Of a stretch of 64,000 nucleotides of DNA, positions 10,028 through 24,607 are shown piece after piece. The stretch comes from Oopsacas minuta (Eukaryota > Animalia > Porifera), in NCBI GenBank assembly GCA_024704765.1, contig JAKMXF010000319.1, positions 124,001 through 188,000 on the forward strand, written 5' to 3'. Both the position numbers and the translations under genes were made by a program. The notes beneath the pieces are model-generated. The model saw only the letters and a list, made by a program, of their open reading frames with translations, made no database searches and was not told the origin of the DNA. Each line of letters starts with the position of its first letter. Position 1 is the stretch's first letter.

Positions 10028-12972
10028 TTTGGGAGCTAAAATTATGATAAGTGAATAGATTTGGTAAGTGCGTGGTAACATGCATAACCAGATCGATAGC
10101 CGATTCTACCCAATTTAGTGATACATTATCAATTTGCCAGAAATAGGCGAATTGTAGTTTTAGATAAAAACCTATTCTCGTATTTACCCCATTCTTAGTA
10201 GGTGCTGGGCTTTTCAGCGATGATAATATCATCGTGTTTTTCTTGGGAACGAGAAGCAACGTATAAACTGGCGTCGGCAGCTCAATAAAAATGGGGTCAA
10301 TAATAGCAATGAAAAGTGTGGCGACACACTTCTGAAGGCCTGCACCTTCTCCCTCAATAACGTTCTATCAGGCATGGCAGAGCAAACTGTAAGTGGTACG
10401 GCATACGGAGTATTTTTTAGATAGTTCATGAACCTGAAAAAGTTTATTCAGCAAATACCAAACATTCAATGCACCAGAAAAAGTGGTCCACCGATTGCCT
10501 GACTGGTTCCACAACTTCTGCCGGTTTTGTAGCGGGATTTGGGGAGGAACAGAAACTCCATAATTATCACTTCAATTCTCGTTGTTGAATTAGATTCAAT
10601 AGAAATTAAATTTACAAATACGACTGACCTTTAAGTTCGTATCAGTGCACTGGAAATAATTTCTCGGGGATTCGATCGCTGTTCTAAATAGCCTACGAAA
10701 CTCAAAGTTCATGGTATCTCAGTGAAATCATACTCAATACATATGATGTACGACGATTTCTACAAAGAATTGTTCAGTGCGAATTTGATGCTCGTGACAT
10801 GCGCAAACACTGAATTTTTCAGGGGCAAAATTCAAAAACAAGATCTTAATCGCTATAATTTCGATCATTTTAAGCTAATAAATAGCCCAACATTACCACG
10901 TGTCATACAAGATAATTACAAGAGAATACCAAGAAAATATTAGAATAAATAAAAGTACTAGTGCCTAACTAGTCATGTGCACTGAAATATAATCCCTAGG
11001 GAAATCAAATGAGCAGTTATACAACTTTGTATCTCAGCAAACCAAATCAAATACATTTGCTATGTTGTAATGACTAATTGCATTATTGGTAGGAACAACA
11101 TATCTTCTGAAAACTATGTATTTGTCAATTTGGAAATTCGGCTGTGAAAATTGGAAAGAGATTGGTTAGAAATCAATGGAAAAGGCCCGCAACAATATTC
11201 GGTCCGGTTAGACCAAATATATTAAAAGATTTTGTGCGCTGGACGAAATGTAAACACGGACCGACCGACCGAAATAGTTTGAAATATTTGGTCAGGGTGG
11301 ATCAAAAATTCTGAATATTTAGTCTGGGATTTTATTCGCTTCAGCCAGAACAAAAACAACATTGAGTCATGGACCAAAATATTTCGTCACAGGGGGCGGC
11401 TGAGCAGCGTAGATTCAGGATGTGGATTGGTAGGGTCCTTGGTGCCATGATGACAGGATTGTAGACCATGCACACACTTTTCTATTAGTCTCTATGGAGA
11501 GAATAGACCTTAATTTATGGAGGCTATTAAAAATTATAGTACACTTGTCCTCCCGGAACTACACCCATTAGTAAACTCTTAACTATATCTAAAAGAATTA
11601 TAAGAATTAAGATGTAGTGCAACCTCTATATGCGGGCAATTTTCGTCCACCTTCATTCATCTTCATAGAAATTAACCTCTATAAGCCGGGAGTGGAACAT
11701 GAGCATGCTATGAAGGTAATTATGCCTCACACGTAACACCATTGAAGTTTCCATCTATAAGTGGGGAATTCTACTACAATTTTTGTGCTAACTTTGGAAA
11801 AACACACACGTGTTTAATCTCTAAGGTGAATTGAAAATTTTTGGTTTCTCAGAAGTAATTTCTTACTACTCGTATATTCATCTAACAAACTTAGGTCATG
11901 TTATATTAAATATTAAAATGATTAACCATATGATAAATCAGTTAGATATAAGGCCATATAAAATAATATACCGTATTTCCCCGCCCGCCCCATTTAATCT
12001 CCCTCCTCGGCAATTATTTTAATTTTAATACATACCTTTATTTAATACTTATATTCGCAGATGAGCATCTTCGAAACAAGCTAATTATTTAACACTAGCG
12101 CCCTTCGCTTGCTAGGTCGCTGAGCAGTGGCTAATCATTTTCATACGTCTAGTATGTTCAAGTAGTTATAGGAACATTTACCAGAATTTCATTTTACATT
12201 TAAAGCATAGAAAGATAGTTTGAGTCGTTTATGTGAACTGCGAATTATAATTCTTTCATATAATTGTACAATAATTCAGATTATAGACAGGAAGTGAATA
12301 TTAGTTTTCCCATATACAGTGTAAGCTTAATACGAACACCAACGGACCGTACGGGTAAAATGTATTCGCCTTTCCGGACTTCATAAACCGGAGTAATATC
12401 AATTGAAGTACGGTTGTAGGGACCTGATTATGTACGAATATTGTTATTGTTATCAGAATTCGTATTAAAGAGATAGTTTAAATAAATTAGTAAAATTACG
12501 CTAAGTAAAAAATAAAAATAAAAATACCGCCCCCCGCCCCTAGTTCGCAGAAAAAATGGATGAGAAACAAGTAATGCATTTTACATGGCTTAAATATTAA
12601 ATTACAAAACTGAAACCTACATACTCCATCACCCCTGACTAGCAGTTAAAAAGCGGAATCTTTAGCATGATTTTGAATAATATGTAAAAAAAAAGGTGTG
12701 AATATGATTAATCATATGGTAAATCTGTGAATTTGTAAAGTGGCTGAATACATTCACTCAAAAATTTCTGGATATTTACATTTATAAAGGGGTAAGGGCT
12801 AGACCTTCCCCTCCCCCCCTTCTAGAGGTTGTAGTTTTATAAATCACAAATAAATCACTCAAGATACAATTTTCAAATATACGAATATCAAAGTTTGTGG
12901 AAATTTACATAAACGCTAAAAAGACTATCACACTCTGTCTAAAAGAACTAATGCCATCCCTCTATCTGGATC

Positions 12973-15900
12973 TTATTTGGCAAACCATTGAGTATGTACG
13001 AACTCGCCAGGTTTTGAGAGAAGTTCATAGGTATGCGCACCAAAATAATCCCTCTGTGCTTGTAATAGGTTAGCAGGGAGTCGTTCTGATCTATAGCCAT
13101 CATAGAATGCGAGGGCTGAGCTGAATGCTGGTGTTGGGATACCCAGGTTCACAGCTGTTGCAACGACTAGTCGCCAACCTTTCTGACATCTGTTAACGGA
13201 AAGGGTTAAAATTAATATTTAGACTTCTCGACAGTGTTGTCAACCTTTTTCGAACGCAGCACAATTTATCGCTAATTCTCAAGGCTGAAACCGTTATGCG
13301 AAGTTTCACAGAATTATACTGTAACGGTGTATATGTAAATGTTGGTGCTTTAAGGAGTAGTGAAAATGAATCTTGCACTTTCATACTCTGAAGGCCAGAA
13401 ACGAAGCCCTGAAACATTATACAATTTGTTCTATGCCATTGACTTAACAAAGTTCTGAGGCACACCAAGCCGGTTGAAGAACACTTGACTAGTGTTGTTA
13501 ATTAATAAATATGCAAAATTTCTGCGAATCATCTTGTATATTTCGTTCAAACCGCTGAAAATGAACTGAAAATACAAAGTGTGTATTTCTGGCTTTCGTC
13601 TCCGGAAATAGCAACGCGGGAAAACGAATTTCTCGATAAAATTATGGAATTAGAGTAAAGGAAGTCCTGAAACCCAAATTCAGGATTCAAGTTCTTACCT
13701 ATGGATAGCAGCTTTGAAGAAATCGTCCAACAGTAGATTAGGCAAATTCGGATTCTTGTCGTAGGCCTCTTTAATATTTCCCAAGAATACACTTCTGATG
13801 ATACAACCACCTCTCCACATTAGAGCGATACTACCGTTATTGAGATCCCAATTGTAGAGACTAGATGCTTCACGCATCAACATAAATCCCTAGAAAAATA
13901 AAGTCGTAGGTTTAACACCAAACAATATTCAAGGGACTTGGCCAATGCCATGGACAAATGTGAATTCCGTGACATAGGGATTTTGAGAAAGTATAGTAAC
14001 TGGATTAACATGAATACTGGTGTGTCCATCTGAGGTGAAGAGCAGAGTTGGAATCGGGTTCGGGTCGGGTTCGAGTTCTGAAAAGTGGACCCGATTCCAA
14101 CTCTGGTGGAGAGTCGATCTTGGGGTTTGACAATTTCTAATATGACTATTTCATGAACATTAGGATCATGCATACTTTCACACTTTCCAATGTATCTCAA
14201 AATGAGAGAATTCCGTTTCAACGGCTAGTCGGCGGTGATAGGTTTTGAAGAATCAATATCGAAATTATTGATTCTTCAAACTCTGATCCGATATGTCAAT
14301 CAGAGTCGGAATCGGGTTCAGTTTCAGAACCCGAACCCAACTCTATTATCAATTGGCCATTCTCAAATAGTTTGGAAACTATTTTAGCTTTGTAATCAAG
14401 CAATAGATAGAAATGTTAGGAAAAAATTCTGACAATGAAAAAATCCATATGAAGTGATAAGATAATATTATTCAAAGTATTCTTACCACACAGAATAAAT
14501 AATATTGTAAGATAATACAGCTTTTGCTAGTAAAAACTCCTAACAATTGCAATTTTCGAATTTTAAGTAACATATCACTACTGAAAGCAAAAGGATTGTA
14601 AGAACATCTATATTAGCATATACATATGTTAGATTCGTATAAATGCGTGAATCTAAAGCTGAACAATTGAATTCCATTAAGCCTGTAAATTTACATTCAT
14701 AAGAACTCGGTCGAACACGGAAATCCAGACCTGAACTGTTTGGGTAATGCGATAGCATTTCTGTATTTTTAACCTGTACGTAACATATAATACAAATACA
14801 TTACACGGCAGACTCAGATTAATAGGATCACTTCCAGAAACAAATCCTATTAATACTAAGTATTATAGCTCCGATTCAGTTCTTCGAAACAAAATTGTAA
14901 TTCAACTTAACCCTATATATCGCCTAGTCAGGCCGGGCCGAAGCAAAATGAAAGTGGTAAGGTATTTCCATATGAGCTTCCTGATTCTTTTGGGAATTAC
15001 ATTTAGTAATACAGAAACCAGAAAAGGGATTCAGGCGGCCTTGCTGTATAGATTAGAAGCTTGTTAGTGCGAACATAGTAAATACGAACATATATGTACA
15101 CATTTCGAAGGTCAGTTCGACCACGTATTTACGAGGTTCTACTGTATTAGAATTTTAGCTACTATTAAAATGAGAAAGACAACATTCTACACAATCTTGA
15201 TTCTACAACTCTTCATTACACTCACCAATGCACAAAACTATGACGGTTGCCTTACTTATTACACCTCCAAAGGTAAACTATGTTGCAATAAAGGAACAAC
15301 ACAGAATCCTATTGAGTACTGCCCAACAACCGTTACAAACACTGAATCAACCATAAATACATGTACGTCATACAAATACGTAGAAAACATAAAATGCTGT
15401 GAATACCAAACAACATTCAGCTCAGGTTATACAGCCTATACAACATACTGCCCAACAATTGAAACATTGACTTCTCTCTGTCCAAAAGGTTGTTGTATCG
15501 CTAGAGTTCCCGTGGAAACTGGCCACACAATAGTATATTACAATCAACATTTCTGTCCTGACCTACAAAGCGAACCGAATACCACAGCATATGTATGTGC
15601 TATCATTGTATTAGCAAGCGTGAGTGCTATTAGCATCACAATCGCAGTATTCATATTCTACCACAGATACAAGCAAAAGAGCAAAAATCAAACAATTGTA
15701 AGCAACACTGAATTCCTTCCTACCTACGAAGAGGCTATGTCTATGGAGATTCTTCCTCCTAATATCCCAGGGTATACATTCAATAATGCACAGGTTAATA
15801 CGGGGTGTTTGGTGGTTTCAAATTGTCAACACGAAACAGGGCCAATTCTTCAACCTGGTGAGGAATAGCTTCTATAAGTAAACACGAGCAATAATATTTT

Positions 15901-18900
15901 CGACAAATTGTATATCTTTTCTCTCTTTTAACCTAATTGAGTGTATTAGATTATGGAATATGTCTAAATAAATCACAATGAACTGGTTGTTAGCCAAACA
16001 AAGTGGAGAAAACAGGTTGCAGTGGGTACTGAATTTCAATTCCCCCTCATCGGTTTTCCCACAGGTTTTCTCATATAGGAATACCCATTTCAATCGCAAC
16101 CCTGAAAAATGAATATATTCATCTCAAGAGAATACACACGGCTTAGCACAGAGAATTCATAGGAATTCCCATACCCACGGCAACCCTGCTGATATTTATA
16201 CTATCTAGAGGTTGCCACTTGCCAACACATTGTCCCATTATCTTATCTGGTCTTGGGTCAGGTTTACGACATATGCACTTAAAGTAACACACATATTTTT
16301 CTGTTAGAGCAACTTACCTGAGCATATGATATAATCTTGCTAGCATAAATAGCATCTCGTATAGCATCAATGAATTCTTTCTTATCACCTGAGTAACAAG
16401 ATGGAGGAGGGCCACATAGAACTTTAGATGCTTTCACACGTTCTTCTTTGATAGCTGAGAGACACCTGTCGAGGAGAATGGATGAAACTGCTTGTAAAAA
16501 GAAGTATTTCATATGCACGGCGAAAGAAAATAAAAAGTGCCAATATAGTCATAGAGGCCAAGGCAAAGAGTGGTCAGGCCAGATCGGTTCCGCCGGCGTT
16601 AATTTTAGCGACTATGAGCAAATAGGGTATTATTCTGTTTTTCCAACTGAATACTGAATACTTATACTCGGTTGGTTGCCGAATATTGAACTATTCGGTT
16701 ACAACCTTAGTAAAACTAACCTCGCGAAAACTGACTCTCCAATGAGTGTCACAGGAACGCCTGAATCCAATGCTGAAATAGCAGTCCACTTCCCTGTTCC
16801 TTTCTGTCCAGCAGTATCTCGTATCTTTTCAACCAGATAGCTTCCATCTTTGTCTTTGAACTTCAGAATATTCGCAGTAATCTCTATCAAGAATGAATCA
16901 AGTTCACCTTTATTCCATTCATCTAGTACCTATAGTCACAGAAATATGGTGAATCCCTACTGGAAACTGAACCAAAAGTATAAAATGTAAGGCCACTGTT
17001 AGTTGGAAACTTGAAACAGCGCATCAAGCTTACCTGGCGCATGAATATTGTCATCATTGGAAATAATGTCAGTATTTCGCCGTTATCTCATTGAAATTTT
17101 GAAATATATACAAATGTCAAAAATAGTGTGATAATGATAATGATATGCCCGCCAGTTCACATGCTTAGATGGACACCGTGTGGAGCTAAAACAAGTTTCT
17201 CATTAACAGGTATCTAACTTACAGCACTCATTTCTTCATGTCCCATTCCTAAACCTTCCTTCATCAGCTGATAAGCTTCACACAATACCTGCATATCTCC
17301 ATACTCGATACCATTGTGGACCATCTTAACATAATGGCCGGCACCACCACCACCTACCCAATCACAACAAGGATCACCATCAGGTTTACCACCTGCCTTG
17401 GCGCATATTGACTGGAAGATTGGTTTTATGCTCCCCCAACCATCCTTATTACCTCCAGGCATTAGACTAGGCCCATAACGGGCACCTTCTTCTCCTCCAG
17501 AAACTCCGCTTCCAATGAAGTGAATGCCTTTCTCTTTCAATGACTTCACTCTATATATTATTCAAATCATGACATAATGCAAATTCAAGCATACTATACC
17601 ATTAATTACAGGAAATAGTCTACTACACTTAATTAGATCGCAGATTAAGCTTGGACAAAGGATATTCAGTGCAGTCTTTTGTATTTCTATATGTGAGACA
17701 TCGCAAACTTGGGATGTCTAACTACAGCAAACTCACGTTTATAATGAAGTTCTCTGGACCCAAGTTTCATTTAGTTAAAAGTGGAATTTCGTTAAGCGGA
17801 CTAAAATCAATGGCTCTCGAGTTTAAGAAGGAATTTTATCGCATATAACTGGAGTTTTGGTATATCTGACTTGGTTAGAACGGAAGTTAACTGTATATAT
17901 TGATTGGCATTCATACGGATATAGGCTCCCGAGCCGAAAATGTGGATATTAAAATAAATATACAGGAATGATAGTTACCTTCTTTCAGTATCCAGATATT
18001 CCGAATTTCCACCATCAACGATAATATCTCCTTGACAAAGTTCTGGGGTAAGTTTCTCGATAAAACTGTCTACAGCAATGCCAGCTTTCACCAATAGAAT
18101 TATGCGACGAGGCTTCTTTATCTTTTGGGTAAATTCCTCAACAGTTTTAGCTCCAATAACCTTCGTGCCTGTTGAATCAACAATTATACACTCTCTGCCG
18201 AAAGACCGAGAGTACAGTTCGCTTTTTACATCATTTGTACACTGAATAATCCAGGTCGTAACAAGAAAACTAGTGGCCAGAAGATTAGCCACAGATAAAA
18301 TTCGTCGTTTGAGCACTTATGGGTTGGTTTAAGCGTGAATTTACGCTATACCAGCTTGGAAGTTGTTCTAAGTCATTTTGAAGTACTCATGACTTAATAC
18401 TAGTGAGATTTACAAAGGATAAGTGAATATACCTACTTGGCTGTTCCTACGACGAATCTATGGGTGAATGTTCCATACAACATATTTTCCAGTAAGGGAC
18501 GAATTTTCTGTCATTTGACTTGGTAAACCTATGGCACGGCACTAGTGTTTGAATCAAGGTTGAAACCGAATAATATTTGGCGAATAGTTCAATATTTGGT
18601 TACCAAGCGAATATCAGTATTCAGTATTCGGTATTCGGTGATCCAAACCGAATATTATCAGCATTCGGTTAAGCAACTATTCATGAATTCTGATATTCGG
18701 TTCGATCGGTTTCAACCTTGGTTTGAATCTGTACATTTAATTACTTTCTATTAGTCTCTATGGGAGAAAACAAAATTATTGGCAGGGCCACGCCTCACCA
18801 ACCCTACCGTTGCCTACATAGGCGTAGGCAGCGGATGGCTGTATCATGCCTTATGACACGGAATAGAGACATTTTATCAAGAAAAATATTACTAAGGTGA

Positions 18901-19747
18901 TGTACACCCATAATCATTGAAAATGAACTTATTGAATTATTTGGACTATAGATAAGAATACAAAATATGAAACTGAACTAAACCTTAGAAGCAATTCACT
19001 ACTGTGGAATATATTTCGACTCTCCCTGAAAAAGCCATGCAATATACAGACTGGTATACAATTATCAATTTACAGTAAATACCTAAGCAACAGCAAGAAG
19101 CTAGGACAAGGATTGCAATAAAGGAAACAAAGGATGAGTCTATTATTTAATTAAATTCTTGATATTTTGCCCTTATTGAAGGTCGTGTCTTATTATCGCT
19201 ATTAGAATGAAAATTTGGAACGCAAGGTAAAAATGAGTAGTATCTACTATTTGTTAATTCATTAAGCACGGAGTTACATCAAAGGATTCATACTAATACT
19301 GTTGCCAGGAAAAGTCTTCAAAGATAAATCTAAATGTTGTAGGCACATGAATTTTAATACATACGAAAGTTATGATTGTCCTTTGATCTATTGATAGCTA
19401 ATTGTTATTACGCCTACATTTGAGATTCGTGTAAATTCAACATCAAAGCAAACATGTATGCATTAGTATAGGCAATGCTATGCATTATTATAACTTTCCT
19501 AAAGAGCTACTAATAGATTGTCATTGCGTTACTTCCATAAGTGTCCTTAAATCAATCAAAATGAAATTTGCTTAAAAATAAGTTACTCACCTTTGGCTTC
19601 TTTGGCTAAAAAGGCGTCAACTTTGGTTACATCACGATTGAAAGCGATTACTTTGAATCCATGATCATTCATGTTCAGGATCAAATTTTGACCCATAACT
19701 GCCATCCCGATCAAACCAACATCTGCGAGTGCTTCTGCTTCAGCCAT
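12973..19747 (-). CDS. PGD: 6-phosphogluconate dehydrogenase, 7 exons: 19747-19591, 18168-17979, 17550-17223, 16929-16721, 16465-16318, 13889-13699, 13189-12973
   Basis: [96 protein letters not shown]. All junctions are GT-AG and phase-compatible. Confidence 0.96.
14043..14105. mobile_element. 63-bp hAT-like hairpin MITE inside PGD intron 5
   Basis: TIRs CAGAGTTGGAATCGGGT / ACCCGATTCCAACTCTG; near-TSD gtgaagag / gtggagag. A longer relative with the same ends lies at ~20477-20835. Confidence 0.75.
15170..15868 (+). CDS. Small Cys-rich type I membrane protein (Shisa/WBP1/VOPP1-like architecture), nested antisense in PGD intron 5
   Basis: Signal peptide [21 protein letters not shown]; repeated C..CC..YCP units; [27 protein letters not shown]; cytosolic LPTY(EEA) WW-binding-type motif. 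Confidence 0.75.
   Translation: MRKTTFYTILILQLFITLTNAQNYDGCLTYYTSKGKLCCNKGTTQNPIEYCPTTVTNTESTINTCTSYKYVENIKCCEYQTTFSSGYTAYTTYCPTIETLTSLCPKGCCIARVPVETGHTIVYYNQHFCPDLQSEPNTTAYVCAIIVLASVSAISITIAVFIFYHRYKQKSKNQTIVSNTEFLPTYEEAMSMEILPPNIPGYTFNNAQVNTGCLVVSNCQHETGPILQPGEE
18555..18720. mobile_element. hAT-like MITE in PGD intron 1
   Basis: TIRs CAAGGTTGAAACCGA / TCGGTTTCAACCTTG; perfect 8-bp TSD gtttgaat. Related copy at 30804-30921. Confidence 0.8.
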
Positions 19748-21109
19748 TTTAGATTATTTTCGAGAATATGAGCTATAAAAACGGGAAAAAATGATAAATA
19801 TTTGGACAATATTAGTTGTATTTATTAGGCTGACAAATGGCTACATAGTTTATCGGCTAATAATGGTGGAATTTATGAAATTCGTAGAAATGACTGAACC
19901 ATGGAAGAGGGTGGAAATTCCTAAAGAGTACTGAATTTGTGGTGAAAGCATATTCGAAAATTGGCCACATCACGTATCAGTTGTATGGAGTGTAAACTAG
20001 CTATGGACATAGGTACTGAATCGGAACACAGAAAGTAGCTTGTCCTAAAATCCCTTATGGCCATGATAACAAGGTCAAAAGTCATTGCAAAATATGAGCT
20101 ATGTTCTACTCTCTAATCACATGGTAAGAGTCGCTCCGGTTTGATGCTCTGTAATAGGAATTCTGAATGAAGAAAAAAGGGGAAAAGAAAATCTGATAAA
20201 AAAAGTTGCAATCCATAATTATATATCCTTGTACATACAACCAGAAAGTATGCTTAGAAAGTTGAGCCTACTATGATTATCCAGAATAATTACTTAGTTG
20301 TCACCAGAAATTACAACGTGTAAATTCTGGATGTAAAACCTGTAACTGTACACTGAAGTGAGATTTTTGTATACAAATATATCTAATATATCTATGCACA
20401 AACGTTGCAGAAGCTTTTTACGTAAATTATTTCAAAATGCTCCTGGATATCGTCCGGATGTCTGGATGTCTGGTAAAGAGTTGGAATCGGGTTCGGGTTT
20501 CTCGGGTCGGGTCGGGTTCGTGTTCGAAGTTGATCAGTTCGAACATTGTGCGTAATTATTTGAATTCACCAATTAATTCTATTTAATTGAAAGAGTATAT
20601 TTACATTAGAAACATCTTATGGAATTGTAATGAAATGGCCCCGCAAGGGCATTTACGGGATAAATATTATGAACCCACAATATTGCAAGAACAAATATTA
20701 AAAGAGAAACTTGTTTGGCTAATATTAGTTAAAATGTCAACAAAACATATACTTTAGAGGAATTTCAGTTAATATCTACACTTAGTTACACTTCGGGTCG
20801 GGTCGGGTTCGGAAAAGTGGACCCGATTCCAACTGTGGTCTATTTTGAATCGATATCGACTTGGTGAATGGAGTTTGATCGGAATAGTTAACAATATTCC
20901 TCATAATTGGTGATAATGTTCTTTCCCATGTAGTAGTCATCTTTTTAAGTAGACTACTTGTATTCACATTACATTTCTTAATTCAGATACTCTTCTCCCA
21001 GCTTTTGGTCTGGCATCAATACTCAAGATCATGTGAATTGGTTGTAATGTCATCAGGTTCGAAGTTGGGGTGATGCCTAACCATGAGTACATATTGAAAG
21101 TCATATTCA

Positions 21110-21131
21110 GTAATCCAATACTTGGATAGTC
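21110..21131 (+). promoter_or_regulatory. Candidate cis-element shared by both cathepsin L paralogs
   Basis: GTAATCCAATACTTGGATAGTC here; GTAATCTGATACTTGGATAGTC on the minus strand at 41352-41373 (20/22 identical). Both lie within 90 bp of the respective ATG. Confidence 0.55.
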
Positions 21132-21216
21132 TCAAAATGAACTGAACAACATACAATATGTCTATAAAGCCAATTTCTTCCAAAACAAAAATACTTTATA
21201 TTCTAATACCAAACAA

Positions 21217-24034
<2,818 letters not shown>

Positions 24035-24607
24035 ACAGTAAATGTTAGGTCTTTGCTAGTAACATATAGACTTATTGCTTTCCTAGATTTCGAAGTTTGT
24101 GTATATTTAGAAAACTTTTTGATATTAATGTTGTGTGAATTAGAGGTTTCATGTGTATGCTGCAGCCGTTTAGAGCTACCTCGTTGCAATTTTAGGACAT
24201 GAAAACTAAATTTATTATATCTCATCCGGAATTTCTTGGGAAACTGGGACGGCGGGCTGTATTTTATTTTGATTATTTATAAGCCAGTTAATAAGAAAAA
24301 TATTTTATCAATTCAATTCTCATCCCATTCACTCTTGGCATAAATTATTGACTATCTCAACAGTGTAAATTGTAGTAAATTGTGGATGCATAAGCTGTGG
24401 CCAAAAATATCTATTAATTTGTAAAAATACAATAAATTCTTCCTGGACTAGGGATAATATAAGCAAAGGGAGAGGGGATGAGAATAATAAAATTACTTCA
24501 CATGGCATTAACGCCAGTACTGCTTAGGACTAACTAAAAATACTACAAAATATAAAAAGCATCTAAAAATCTAAACACACTCAAAGCTCAAAATCCATGA
24601 ATCTGTA

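Noticed and set aside
10082-10600. Relatively GC-rich stretch upstream of Rab GDI, considered as a hidden PGD last exon or gene
   Set aside because: All frames I translated hit early stops with no recognisable motif; probably promoter, UTR or decayed sequence.
18169-18316. Hydrophobic N-terminal extension on the PGD exon-2 ORF (possible targeting peptide)
   Set aside because: Lies upstream of a good acceptor at 18169; the real exon 1 is at 19591-19747.
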